DNA from: Dehalococcoidia bacterium
Lineage (GTDB): Bacteria > Chloroflexota > Dehalococcoidia > Lucifugimonadales > JAGWBF01
DNA length: 64,000 nucleotides
NCBI GenBank assembly: GCA_965207935.1
Contig: CBDBNM010000002.1
Span: forward strand, 185,055 to 249,054
Direction of reading: 5' to 3'
The position numbers and the translations under genes were made by a program. This document shows positions 49,674 through 59,122 of this stretch, piece by piece (the stretch's first letter is position 1; the number at the start of each line of letters is the position of its first letter). Below the pieces are notes generated by a model, which did not search any database, was not told the origin of the DNA, and worked only from the letters and a program-made list of their open reading frames with translations.

Positions 49674-50690
49674 CTAGACGAAGTACCGCACCCGGGTCTT
49701 CTTGAACTCCCTGGTCGAATAGAGCATCAGGTAGTCGGTTATGCCCGTAGCTTCTGAGATCTCGGTCGCTACCTGCTCGCAGCCGTCCCTGGATGTGGCG
49801 TGGATCATGGTGAAGTGGGAGTAGGGCCAGTCGGGAAAAGTGGGCCGCTCGTAGCAGTGGGTCACCGCCGGGTGGGCCGCCATGCGACTGCCCACCTGCT
49901 CCGCCACCTCGGCCGGGACCTTCCAGACGCCCATGCCGTTGGCGCGGAAACCGGCCTTCCGGTGATGAAGTACCGCGCTGTAACGGCGCATTATCGAACG
50001 CCTCTCAAAGTCCTGGGCTGTCTCGAACAGCTGGTCCGTTGTCATGCCCAAACGCTGGGCCATATCGTCGAAGGGCCGGGACACCATGGGCAGGTCTTCC
50101 TGCAGCTCACGGATGGCATCTATATCTTCCTGGGTGATGGGAACGGGGACGTTCCATCCGGCGCCATTTCCGTTGCCGTACCCGTCGGGACTGAAGTTGT
50201 GGGCCGCCCCCTTCTCCTCCACCATGTCGAAGTTGACGCCTATCTTGAAGAACCTCAGCGTCGGCATTATCCGGTAGGACAGGGCGCCGGATTCCTGGGC
50301 CATTTTCTCCACGGTGTCTTCCAGCACCTCGTCGGGGGCTACCGCCAGGGTGAACCACAGGTTGTAGTACGAGCCTTCACGCCCGTAGTTGTGGCTCACG
50401 CCAGGATGGCGGTTTACTATCTTTGCGCCCTTGCCCACCCTGCTCGCCTCCAAGGCCATGGCAATCAGGCTGGTCCTGTAGCCGAGTCGGCGAGTGTCGA
50501 AGATAGCGCTTATCTGGCGGACGACGTTCTGCTTGCGGAGCTCGGCCAAGCGGCGGATAACCTCGTCCTCGTCGATGCCCAGTTCATCCCCAACGTTCCT
50601 ATAGGGTTCATCCATCAATGGAAATCGAGACTGGATGATGTTCAGGAGCTTACGGTCCACCAGGTCCATGGCTGCTTTTGTGGTTGCCAT
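49674..50690 (-). CDS. Fused siroheme decarboxylase AhbA-AhbB (NirDL-like)
   Basis: Two Lrp/AsnC-like halves: VSHNYGRE..YNLWFT and VTHCYERP..WPY..FTMIH, STREFKK. Confidence 0.88.
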   Translation of the reverse strand: MATTKAAMDLVDRKLLNIIQSRFPLMDEPYRNVGDELGIDEDEVIRRLAELRKQNVVRQISAIFDTRRLGYRTSLIAMALEASRVGKGAKIVNRHPGVSHNYGREGSYYNLWFTLAVAPDEVLEDTVEKMAQESGALSYRIMPTLRFFKIGVNFDMVEEKGAAHNFSPDGYGNGNGAGWNVPVPITQEDIDAIRELQEDLPMVSRPFDDMAQRLGMTTDQLFETAQDFERRSIMRRYSAVLHHRKAGFRANGMGVWKVPAEVAEQVGSRMAAHPAVTHCYERPTFPDWPYSHFTMIHATSRDGCEQVATEISEATGITDYLMLYSTREFKKTRVRYFV

Positions 50691-50802
50691 CCCTCTCCCA
50701 CGCCGTTGTCATAGGTATCCGGATTCCGGGCTAGATTCAAGGTTAGTATAACACAGGACAGCTTTCCCCTATGTTCGCCATCCCCTTCATTCGGTACAAT
50801 GG

Positions 50803-51510
50803 ATGGCGAAGAAACTAAGGCTGCGCCCCTTGAAATCCGACATACATAAACCTAAACGAAAGCTCTTCCAGCGTCTGGGTCGGGATATCAGGAACGACCG
50901 GGTCCTGAGGGCAATGGCCGAGGTGCCAAGGGAAGAGTTCGTTCCTGAGCAGTCCCGGCGCCTCGCCTACGACGATGTCGCCCTGTCCATAGGAAGCGGC
51001 CAGACCATCTCCCAACCCTTCATGGTCGCCCTCATGTCCTCAGTCATGTCCCTGCGGGGAGACGAAAAGGTGTTGGAGGTAGGAACGGGCAGCGGGTACC
51101 AGGCGGCCGTGCTTGCCAACCTGCTTCCCAGGGGCGCCGTGGTGACGGTGGAACGAGTCCCCGCCCTGGCCCGACAGGCAGAGGAGCGACTGCGGTCCCT
51201 CGGCTATTCCAACGTGGGAGTGCGGGAAGCAGGGCCTGAGCTGGGGTGCCGGGAAGAGGCACCATTCGACGCCATTCTCGTTGCGGCAGCCGCCCCACGT
51301 CTGCCCGCTGCTCTCATAGGCCAGCTACGCCGCGGCGGCAGGTTGGTCATCCCCATAGGCAGCCTGGAGGAGCAGGAGTTGGTTAAGGCGACAAAGACCG
51401 ACGAGGGCACTTCAGTAGAGGTGCTCGGGGGCTGCCGCTTCGTTCCTCTGGTCGGGCAGGACGCCTGGCCTGAAAACAGCCGCCCGTCCAAGGGCTTCTT
51501 TCGCTCCTAG
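50803..51510 (+). CDS. pcm: Protein-L-isoaspartate O-methyltransferase
   Basis: VPREEFV, QTISQP, VLEVGTGSGYQAA, FVPLV. Confidence 0.95.
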   Translation: MAKKLRLRPLKSDIHKPKRKLFQRLGRDIRNDRVLRAMAEVPREEFVPEQSRRLAYDDVALSIGSGQTISQPFMVALMSSVMSLRGDEKVLEVGTGSGYQAAVLANLLPRGAVVTVERVPALARQAEERLRSLGYSNVGVREAGPELGCREEAPFDAILVAAAAPRLPAALIGQLRRGGRLVIPIGSLEEQELVKATKTDEGTSVEVLGGCRFVPLVGQDAWPENSRPSKGFFRS

Positions 51511-51599
51511 AACATGACATTCCCCAAATACTTCAGCCTGGCTCTTCTGCACGCATCCATTAACGGGAAGCGTCACATGCTGACCGCGACGGTCCGCCA

Positions 51600-53108
51600 A
51601 TGAGCAGCGCACACACTCCCCCCTCCCTTGACTACGAGACTATTATCGGTCTGGAGGTCCATGTCCAGCTCTCCACAGCCAGCAAGATGTTCTGCTCATG
51701 CGCGGCCGATTACCAGTCGGCCGAGCCCAACACGCGAGTGTGCCCCACCTGCCTGGGTATGCCAGGCACCCTGCCCGTCGTAAACCGAAAGGCGGTGGAG
51801 CACACCATCATGACGGGCCTCGCCCTCAACTGCCGAATCGCCGAAAGGACCAAATTCGACCGCAAGAACTATGCCTACCCCGACCTGATGAAGGGGTACC
51901 AGATCTCCCAGTACGATGTTCCCATCGCCTTCGGGGGCTGCCTGGCAATCCCCGACCCCAAAGGTGCCAGGGAGATCAGGATCACCCGCATCCACATGGA
52001 AGAGGATGTGGCCAAGCTCGCCCACCTCCGCGACGACCCCAACGGGGCCTATACCTTGATGGATGTCAACCGGGCTGGTGTGCCCCTGATGGAGATCGTA
52101 AGCGAACCCGACATGCGCTCTCCCGAGGAGGCCCGGGAGTATCTGGCCTCCCTGCACTCCATCATCCAGTACCTGGGCGTCTCCACTGCGAACATGCAGG
52201 ACGGAAGCTTCCGCTGCGATGCCAACATCAGCATCAGGCCCCGGGGGACGACGGACCTGCTGACCAAGGTGGAGATCAAGAACATGAACAGCTTCCGGGC
52301 TGTGTACAACGCCCTCCAGTACGAGGAGAAGCGCCAACTCGCCGCTGTGGAGACCGGTGTGGAGATAGTGCAGGAAACCCGGGGCTGGGTGGAAGAAAGC
52401 AGGTCCACGGTAAGCCAGCGCAGCAAGGAGTACGCCCACGACTACCGGTACTTCCCCGAGCCGGATCTGCCGCCCCTCGTCATCGAACCGGCCTGGGTCG
52501 AAGCCATTGCAGAGCGCATCCCTGAGCTCCCCGCCCAGAGACGCGCCAGGTTCATGGCTGAATATGGTCTGCCATCGTCGGACGCCTCCCAGCTCACCGC
52601 ATCCAAGGCTGTGGCCGACTATTTCGAAGAGGCGGCGTCTTTAGCCTCGGCGCAATCCAGGGAAAACGCCAAGTCCTTAAGCAACTGGGTCCTGGTGGAG
52701 CTGACCCACCTGCTAAACCTGGAGGGCATTATCATATCCGATACAAAGGTCAGCCCGTCCCATCTCGCCCAGCTTGTAAATATGATAGACTCTGGGAAGC
52801 TCAGCTCGTCCCTGGCGAAGGCGGTTTTGGAAGAGGCCTTTCGCTCAGGGCAGATGCCGGAGGAGATCGCCCAAGCACAGGGATACGTACAGATAAACGA
52901 CCAGTCCCTCGTGACCGCGGCAGTAGATGAGGCGATTGCTTCCAACGCCCAAGCCGTCTCCGACTACATGAGGGGCAGGGACAGCGCCATCAGGTTCCTT
53001 GTAGGCCAGGTGATGAAACACACCCGTGGGAACGCCAACCCTGAGCTTGTATCCGGGATACTCCGGGAGAAGCTGGAAACGCTGAAGTCCACAACAACGA
53101 CAGAGTAG
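51600..53108 (+). CDS. gatB: Asp/Glu-tRNA amidotransferase subunit B
   Basis: IGLEVHVQL, YPDL.KGYQISQ, FRCDANIS, YRYFPEPDL, FLVGQVMK. Confidence 0.98.
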   Translation: MSSAHTPPSLDYETIIGLEVHVQLSTASKMFCSCAADYQSAEPNTRVCPTCLGMPGTLPVVNRKAVEHTIMTGLALNCRIAERTKFDRKNYAYPDLMKGYQISQYDVPIAFGGCLAIPDPKGAREIRITRIHMEEDVAKLAHLRDDPNGAYTLMDVNRAGVPLMEIVSEPDMRSPEEAREYLASLHSIIQYLGVSTANMQDGSFRCDANISIRPRGTTDLLTKVEIKNMNSFRAVYNALQYEEKRQLAAVETGVEIVQETRGWVEESRSTVSQRSKEYAHDYRYFPEPDLPPLVIEPAWVEAIAERIPELPAQRRARFMAEYGLPSSDASQLTASKAVADYFEEAASLASAQSRENAKSLSNWVLVELTHLLNLEGIIISDTKVSPSHLAQLVNMIDSGKLSSSLAKAVLEEAFRSGQMPEEIAQAQGYVQINDQSLVTAAVDEAIASNAQAVSDYMRGRDSAIRFLVGQVMKHTRGNANPELVSGILREKLETLKSTTTTE

Positions 53109-53111
53109 AAA

Positions 53112-53327
53112 TTGGAAAGCTTAATCCAGATAGTACAGATGCTTATATCGGTGGTCCTGGTGGTCATCATCCTGATGCAGGTGCGGGAGACCGGCAGCGG
53201 CCTGTTCGGTAGCGCCCAAGCCAGCTACAGGGCTCGCAGGGGCGTCGAGAAGACCCTGTTCCAGTTCACCATCTTCCTCGCCATCGTGTTCCTGATCATA
53301 TCCGTCATAAGCGTCCGGTTTACCTAA
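53112..53327 (+). CDS. secG: Preprotein translocase subunit SecG
   Basis: Two TMs, ILMQ..GSGLFG, RRGVEKTL. Confidence 0.9.
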   Translation: MESLIQIVQMLISVVLVVIILMQVRETGSGLFGSAQASYRARRGVEKTLFQFTIFLAIVFLIISVISVRFT

Positions 53328-53364
53328 GGGCCTGTCCACTGCCGGCTCCGGTGGGAACCCTCCC

Positions 53365-54207
53365 TTGTCCATCATCACCCTGACCACGGATTTCGGTATC
53401 TCCGACCATTACGTCGCCCAGATGAAGGGGGTGATCCTTGGCATCAACCCCCAGGCAACCATCGTCGACATCTCCCACGCCATAGCGCCCCAGAACATCC
53501 TCCGGGGGGCCGGCGTCATTGGCGAAGCCCACCGCAGCTTCCCTGACGGCACCATCCACGTGGTCGTGGTTGACCCCGGCGTAGGCACCCGGCGCCGCCC
53601 CATCCTGCTGTGCACGCCGAGTGCCCGCTTTGTAGGACCCGACAACGGAGTCCTCAGCCACATCCTCTCCGAAAGATCAGGCGACCCTCCGCAACTTTCG
53701 CCCCAGCTCTCCGAGGATGGAACGGCAGCCCTCCCGACCGGATTCCAGGGATTCCATCTGAACAACCCCGACTTCTGGCGCGAGCAGGTCAGCCTCACCT
53801 TCCACGGCCGCGACATATTTGCCCCTGTGGCCGCCCACCTGTCCCTGGGCGTTCCCCCCACCAGCTTGGGCGCCGAGCTGACCCGCTTGGTTTATCTGCC
53901 TCCCCCCCTGCCCTACGAAGATGGAGGCTTCCTGGTGGGCGTGGTGACCTCGATCGACCACTACGGCAACCTAGTCACCAACGTGCCGGCAAAGCTAGTA
54001 GCATCACATAACCGGATCGAAGTGCAGGTACAGGGTCATACCATCCATGGCCTAAGCCAGAGCTACCAGGAAGCCGAGCACGTGCTGGCCATCATCGGCA
54101 GCGGCGGTTACCTGGAAATCTCCGTCAAGAACGGCAGCGCCGCCGAAGCCCTCTCAGCCCAGGTCGGTCTCCAGGTAAGGGTAAGCACGCGTCCTCCTCA
54201 TGGGTGA
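53365..54207 (+). CDS. SAM hydroxide adenosyltransferase (DUF62) family
   Basis: TLTTDFG, VVDPGVG, GPDNG, TFHGRDIFAP, IDHYGN. Confidence 0.9.
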   Translation: MSIITLTTDFGISDHYVAQMKGVILGINPQATIVDISHAIAPQNILRGAGVIGEAHRSFPDGTIHVVVVDPGVGTRRRPILLCTPSARFVGPDNGVLSHILSERSGDPPQLSPQLSEDGTAALPTGFQGFHLNNPDFWREQVSLTFHGRDIFAPVAAHLSLGVPPTSLGAELTRLVYLPPPLPYEDGGFLVGVVTSIDHYGNLVTNVPAKLVASHNRIEVQVQGHTIHGLSQSYQEAEHVLAIIGSGGYLEISVKNGSAAEALSAQVGLQVRVSTRPPHG

Positions 54208-54220
54208 CTAAGGAGGTTCC

Positions 54221-55882
54221 ATGAAGAGACTTATCGTTCTTGTAGCACTGGCCCTGAGTCTCGTGCTTGGGCTGGCCTTTGTCTTCATGGCCTGCTCGGG
54301 CGCCCCTCAACCCACGACCACGCCCACCATTCCTGCCACAACCGAGACCTTAGGCATCGAGCAGCCGAACTGGTGGGTCACCGCCACAGATTCGGTGGAA
54401 GAGCGCATCTTTGAGGCTGACGTGATCGTCAGGGCAACCCTCCTGTCCACTGGCGATGGGCCTCTCCGCTTCCGGGCTGTGGAGTACCTGAAAGGCACGG
54501 GAGCTGCTGAGTTCCAAGTGAATGCCTCCACATCCCAACGGAACACATCTTGGGACGACCGAGAAGCTCTTCTGTTCCTCTCCCTGCCTGATGCAGATGG
54601 CGCATCTGGTGCCAGCACTCCTGACAGGTTTCAATTCACTCCGCCTTCGCTTTCGCCATACAAGGGCGACCTCCCGGAGGGATACAGCGTGGACAAGAGG
54701 AACCCGGTGTGGCTGCCCCAGGAACAGAGCATCTCCTCCGGCGCTTCTGGTCAATCCGATGACAACCCAACCTTCATCACCGATGCTGAGCCTCTGTCCG
54801 GCACCGGCGATGCTCCGACCATCACCCTGACCGACCTCAAAGCGAAGATAGCCTGGATTGATGGCGGGGAGGGTGTAACATGGTATGACCAGTGCATACG
54901 CCAAAGCCTCTCCTCCATAAGATACTACCGGGACTTCGAGCACTTCTTTGGATCGCCATGGGAGCCACCGGAACATAGCATGGAGATTGAGTCAGGCCTT
55001 GCGTCAGGCACTCTGGCGACCGGCTATGGCACAGACTGGCCAGAGCGCTTCCCGGCGCATCATCAGGTCTGGCTGTCAGGAGAGGATGCAGACCTCTTTG
55101 AGGCTTTGATAGTGGATGATGATGAGGACCCCAGCAACGGGTTCACTCACAATGCTTTCACCGTCAGGCCTCTGCCGAACGGGACATACCAGTTCACCTA
55201 CCGCTTAAGGTTTTGGGACACCCTGCCATGCGACTTCCAGTCACAAGGTGGCCGCGGACACTGGACCCTGACCGTCACTGCTCCCGAGGGCACGGTTCAC
55301 GAAGCGTTCTTCGACCCGGCAGACCTGCAGGACGGCGTGGGCTTCAGCGCAGACGGCGGAGTCCTGGAGCCCAGCAGGTTCACCACCTTCAACACAGACA
55401 CGGAGATCACAGACTTGGTGTCGTCCGGCGACACGGTCACGATGACACTCATGCCATATGTCGACCTCACCTTCGACACCCTGGACTTCATCGCGCTGGA
55501 CGGGTCCGTGGCGGTATCGCTCTCCGACGGCACAGGGGATGCGACAGCCGGCACGATCACCTGGGAAGCAACGGCGCCCTGGAGCTCGGGGGACCAGCTT
55601 ATGCTCCGCATCGTCGAAGGTGAAGGCAGGCCAGTGCCGAAGCTCATTGCAAGCGAGGCGGCACCGAGCCCTGAAGTCTTCTTTGTGATCCCCAGCATCG
55701 GCGCACGCCTTCACTGGGACGAGATGGACGACCTCGAAGGTGAGTCCGTTACCGGCTACACGCTCCAGTGGTCGTATGAAGAGGACGGCATCTGGCTCCC
55801 GGCAACATGCAGCAACTCAGACCAGCTCCAGTGCTGGGCCCGATGGCGGGATAATGACTTTGGCCGTGGCGACACCCTGTAG
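54221..55882 (+). CDS. Large secreted lipoprotein; C-terminal FN3-like domain cut by TAG (frame continues to 55954)
   Basis: AAGGAGG RBS, lipobox FMAC; LHW..VTGYTLQWS..GDTL*FRVIAHSETYDSTPSPVFEFT. Confidence 0.75.
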   Translation: MKRLIVLVALALSLVLGLAFVFMACSGAPQPTTTPTIPATTETLGIEQPNWWVTATDSVEERIFEADVIVRATLLSTGDGPLRFRAVEYLKGTGAAEFQVNASTSQRNTSWDDREALLFLSLPDADGASGASTPDRFQFTPPSLSPYKGDLPEGYSVDKRNPVWLPQEQSISSGASGQSDDNPTFITDAEPLSGTGDAPTITLTDLKAKIAWIDGGEGVTWYDQCIRQSLSSIRYYRDFEHFFGSPWEPPEHSMEIESGLASGTLATGYGTDWPERFPAHHQVWLSGEDADLFEALIVDDDEDPSNGFTHNAFTVRPLPNGTYQFTYRLRFWDTLPCDFQSQGGRGHWTLTVTAPEGTVHEAFFDPADLQDGVGFSADGGVLEPSRFTTFNTDTEITDLVSSGDTVTMTLMPYVDLTFDTLDFIALDGSVAVSLSDGTGDATAGTITWEATAPWSSGDQLMLRIVEGEGRPVPKLIASEAAPSPEVFFVIPSIGARLHWDEMDDLEGESVTGYTLQWSYEEDGIWLPATCSNSDQLQCWARWRDNDFGRGDTL

Positions 55883-56019
55883 TTCCGGGTCATCGCTCAC
55901 TCCGAGACCTACGACAGCACGCCCAGTCCGGTGTTCGAGTTCACCTCAAGGTAAGAAGGGGGCGAGGACAAGATGCCGGGCACAACCTTTGGGCGCACCC
56001 CATCCTCGGCGGGCGAGGG

Positions 56020-56718
56020 GGAAATTGTATCCCCCTCCCTTGATGGGAGGGGACTAAGGGGAAAGAGACACGGCCCCAGATTCCTGATTCTGTGGGAGTG
56101 ACGATAGTCCGTTCGCCCTGAGGGAAATCGAAGAGGAACGGACGGCCCCGGCTTTCCTGGATTGCGGCCTCCGCCGCAATGACGGAGGGGCCTGTCCCCC
56201 TCACCCCAGCCCTATCCCTCCAGAGGAGAGGGGGCAATCTTGTCCCCCCCCCCACCCCAACCCTCTCCGGCCACGTTTTTCGTCATTGCGGCGAAGGCCG
56301 CAATCCAGGACGGAGCATTGCCGGGTTGCAGAATGGGCCATCTCCACCGGCCGGTCCCATTCGATATCCCTCAGGACGAACCGGGGGGAGGGGGTGGCCG
56401 CATGGCGGTGGGGCGTAGACTCCCGCTTCCGCGGGAGTGACGCTATGGGCAGCCTGTGCCAGCACTTGGGTTTCCTGGATTGCGGCCCCCGCCGCAATGA
56501 CGACGGGGGCTGTCCCCCTCACCCCAACCCTCTCCCGCCAGGGGCGAAGGGGCGGGTTTATCCTTACTCTCACCGCCCACGCTTTTCGTCATTGCGGCGA
56601 AGGCCGCAATCCAGGTCGGAGCACTGCCGGGTCCCATCGTGGCTCTAGTTCAGGGGAAGCACGAAAGCCTTCCAGCCTTGCCCGCCCGTTCCCCTTCGAT
56701 TTCCCTCGGGGCGAACGG
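56020..56718. repeat. Mosaic of palindromic REP-like repeats with 33-bp flanking inverted repeats
   Basis: CGTCATTGCGGCGAAGGCCGCAATCCAGG units at 56155-84(-), 56281-310(+), 56473-502(-), 56587-615(+); CCCCCTCACCCCA(A/G)CCCT units at about 56196 and 56514; IR 56109-56141/56686-56718 (31/33). Confidence 0.9.
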
Positions 56719-56771
56719 GCAGGAGCGGAAGCAGGGTGGTATGAAGCGCAGACGACCCCCATGGGCCGCTA

Positions 56772-56800
56772 TTGACACGTTTGTTGGCCCTATTTACATT
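56772..56800 (+). promoter_or_regulatory. Sigma70-type promoter for the E1 alpha/beta pair
   Basis: TTGACA-17 nt-TACATT. Confidence 0.55.
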
Positions 56801-56841
56801 TGAGGCCAGCAGCCCACCTCCAATGCGCCCCAGGAGGAGTC

Positions 56842-57849
56842 ATGGACATGGACCAGCAAACCCTGATCTCCCTCTATCGCACCATGGTCACTATCCGCAA
56901 CTTCGAGGAGATCGGCATCTACGAGATGGGCCAGCGACGCCTCAGCGGGTCCGTCCACTCCTCGGCGGGGCAGGAAGCTGTCCCCACAGGCATCTGCGCT
57001 CACCTTACCGACTCGGACTCCATCGCCAGCACCCACCGGGGCCACGGCCACTGCATCGCCAAGGGAGTGGACCCCAAGCTGATGATGGCGGAGCTGTTCG
57101 GCAGGGCCACCGGCACCAATAAAGGCAAGGGCGGTTCCATGCACATCGCCGACATGACCAAGGGCATGCTGGGCACTAACGGCGTCGTAGCTGCCAGTGT
57201 GCCCCTGGCCGTAGGGGCCGCCCTCACCAGCTCCATCAAGGGCACGGGCCAGGTGTCCGTGGCTTTCTTTGGCGACGGCGGAGCCAACCAGGGTGTCCTC
57301 CACGAGAGCATGAACCTGGCTTCGGTGTGGAAGCTCCCCGTCTTGTTCGTGTGCGAAAACAACCAGTATGCCGAGTCCACGCCCGTCGAGTACGCCCTGT
57401 CCGCGGAGAACGTCGCTGATCGGGGGGCGGGTTACAACATGCCCGGCGTGCTGGTGGACGGCATGGATGTTTTCGCCGTGCATGAGGCGGCCGGCGCCGG
57501 GGTACAGCGGGCGCGGTCGGGCCAGGGCCCCACCCTCCTGGAGTGCAAGACCTACCGCTACTACGGCCACACCGTTTTCGACAACCCCAGGACCTACCGC
57601 ACCGAGGAGGAGGAAACCTACTGGCGCGGTCGGGACCCCATCCAGCTTTTCCGCACCCGCACCCTGGAAGAGGGCCTCCTCCAAGCTCCCCTGCTGGACG
57701 CCATCGACGCCGAGATCGAGCAGCTAATCCGGGATGCCATACAGTTCGCAGACGAAAGCCCCCTGCCGCCCGAGGCAGACGTTTACACCGATGTGTACGT
57801 CGAGTATCCCCTGGACGGGTTACGGCGCGGGGCAAGCATGACCATCTGA
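56842..57849 (+). CDS. TPP-dependent dehydrogenase E1 alpha (AcoA/PdhA-like)
   Basis: AGGAGG RBS; GQEA, THRGHGH, GKGGSMH, FFGDGGAN, TYRYYGH. Confidence 0.93.
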   Translation: MDMDQQTLISLYRTMVTIRNFEEIGIYEMGQRRLSGSVHSSAGQEAVPTGICAHLTDSDSIASTHRGHGHCIAKGVDPKLMMAELFGRATGTNKGKGGSMHIADMTKGMLGTNGVVAASVPLAVGAALTSSIKGTGQVSVAFFGDGGANQGVLHESMNLASVWKLPVLFVCENNQYAESTPVEYALSAENVADRGAGYNMPGVLVDGMDVFAVHEAAGAGVQRARSGQGPTLLECKTYRYYGHTVFDNPRTYRTEEEETYWRGRDPIQLFRTRTLEEGLLQAPLLDAIDAEIEQLIRDAIQFADESPLPPEADVYTDVYVEYPLDGLRRGASMTI

Positions 57850-57863
57850 CCATTGGGGGCAGC

Positions 57864-58898
57864 ATGACCACCACCACGACGACCAGGGAGCTCCGCTACC
57901 GGGAAGCCATAAACGAGGCCATCATCCAGGAGATGGAACGGGACCCGGACGTGATCATCATGGGTGAAGAGATCGCCGGCGGGGCCGGGCGGGAGCATCT
58001 CGGCATCGTCGATGCCTGGGGCGGGGCCTTCAAGACAACGGTGGGCCTCATCCAGAAGTTCGGCAACCAGCGGGTTAAGGACACACCCTTGTCGGAGGCA
58101 GCCTTCGTGGGCACCGCTATCGGAGCCGCCTCCACGGGCCTGCGTCCCATCGCCGAGCTAATGTTTGTGGACTTTGTGGGCGTCTGCATGGACCAGATAC
58201 TGAACAACGCGGCCAAGATGCGGTACATGTATGGCGGGCAGGTCAAGGTCCCCTTCACCCTGCTGACCCGCATCGGAGCGGGCACCGGATCGGCCGCCCA
58301 GCACTCCGAGTCCTTCTACTCCATCTTCAGCCACATCCCGGGCATTAAGGGTGTGGTGCCGTGCGACCCCTACACCGCCAAGGGCCTGCTGATATCGGCC
58401 ATCAGGGACGACGACCCGGTGGTGTTCTTCGAGCACAAGCTGCTGTATCCCGAGACGGGACCCGTACCCGAAGAATCCTATGCCATCCCCCTGGGGAAGG
58501 CCCGCATCGTCAAGCCCGGCACAGACATCACCCTGGTGGGCATCTCGAAGATGACCCTGGTGTGCCTGGAGGCAGCCCAGAAGCTTCAGGGAGAAGGAGT
58601 AAACGCCGAGGTCGTGGATTTGATGAGCATATCCCCCATCGACTACGACCTTATCCTGGACTCGGTGAGGCGCACCCATCGCGTGGTCGTGGTGGATGAA
58701 GACACGCCCCGGTGCAGCGTGGCGGCTGACATATGCGCCGCAGTCGCCGACGAAGCCTTCGACTATCTTGACGCTCCCCCCAAGAAGGTCACCGCGCCAC
58801 ACACACCCGTCCCCTACAGCAGGCCCCTGGAGGGTGTGTACATTCCGAATTGCGACCGGGTGACGGGCGTCGTGAGAGACCTCCTGACCGGCGCATAG
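57864..58898 (+). CDS. TPP-dependent dehydrogenase E1 beta (AcoB/PdhB-like)
   Basis: MGEEI, DTPLSE, ELMFVDF, AAQHS, PVVFFEHK, LDAP. Confidence 0.93.
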   Translation: MTTTTTTRELRYREAINEAIIQEMERDPDVIIMGEEIAGGAGREHLGIVDAWGGAFKTTVGLIQKFGNQRVKDTPLSEAAFVGTAIGAASTGLRPIAELMFVDFVGVCMDQILNNAAKMRYMYGGQVKVPFTLLTRIGAGTGSAAQHSESFYSIFSHIPGIKGVVPCDPYTAKGLLISAIRDDDPVVFFEHKLLYPETGPVPEESYAIPLGKARIVKPGTDITLVGISKMTLVCLEAAQKLQGEGVNAEVVDLMSISPIDYDLILDSVRRTHRVVVVDEDTPRCSVAADICAAVADEAFDYLDAPPKKVTAPHTPVPYSRPLEGVYIPNCDRVTGVVRDLLTGA

Positions 58899-59122
58899 CA
58901 TCTCTTCCGGCCCACGTCCCTGAGACTATCCTCGCTGGGCTGGTAACGTGACGTACCCCGCCCTTGCTCTCGCTTACCTGTAATCCAGCTTTTGTGGTAT
59001 TCTGTGCCCGTATTCTTTCTTATGTGAGCTTTAGGTAAACGCCTATTGACCTTCTGCTCGAGGTCGACCCTGGCCCCAAAGCATCGGGCCAGCCAGTTGA
59101 GACTCCGGGGAATGAAGGTAAG

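Noticed and set aside
49674-50690. AsnC/Lrp transcription regulator
   Set aside because: Duplicated halves with HNY.R and HCY.R motifs in a tetrapyrrole operon fit siroheme decarboxylase.
53365-54207. Fluorinase/chlorinase
   Set aside because: TFHGRD and DPGVG..RR indicate the Asp-Arg-His hydroxide adenosyltransferase (DUF62) type, and the context is housekeeping.
56155-56615. Repeats as a CRISPR array
   Set aside because: Units alternate in orientation, spacing is irregular, the intervening sequences are themselves repeated, and no cas genes are present.
55941-56775. Short ORFs across the repeat region
   Set aside because: They are translations of palindromic repeats (VIAAEAAIQ, RHCGEGRNP) with no RBS or family signal.
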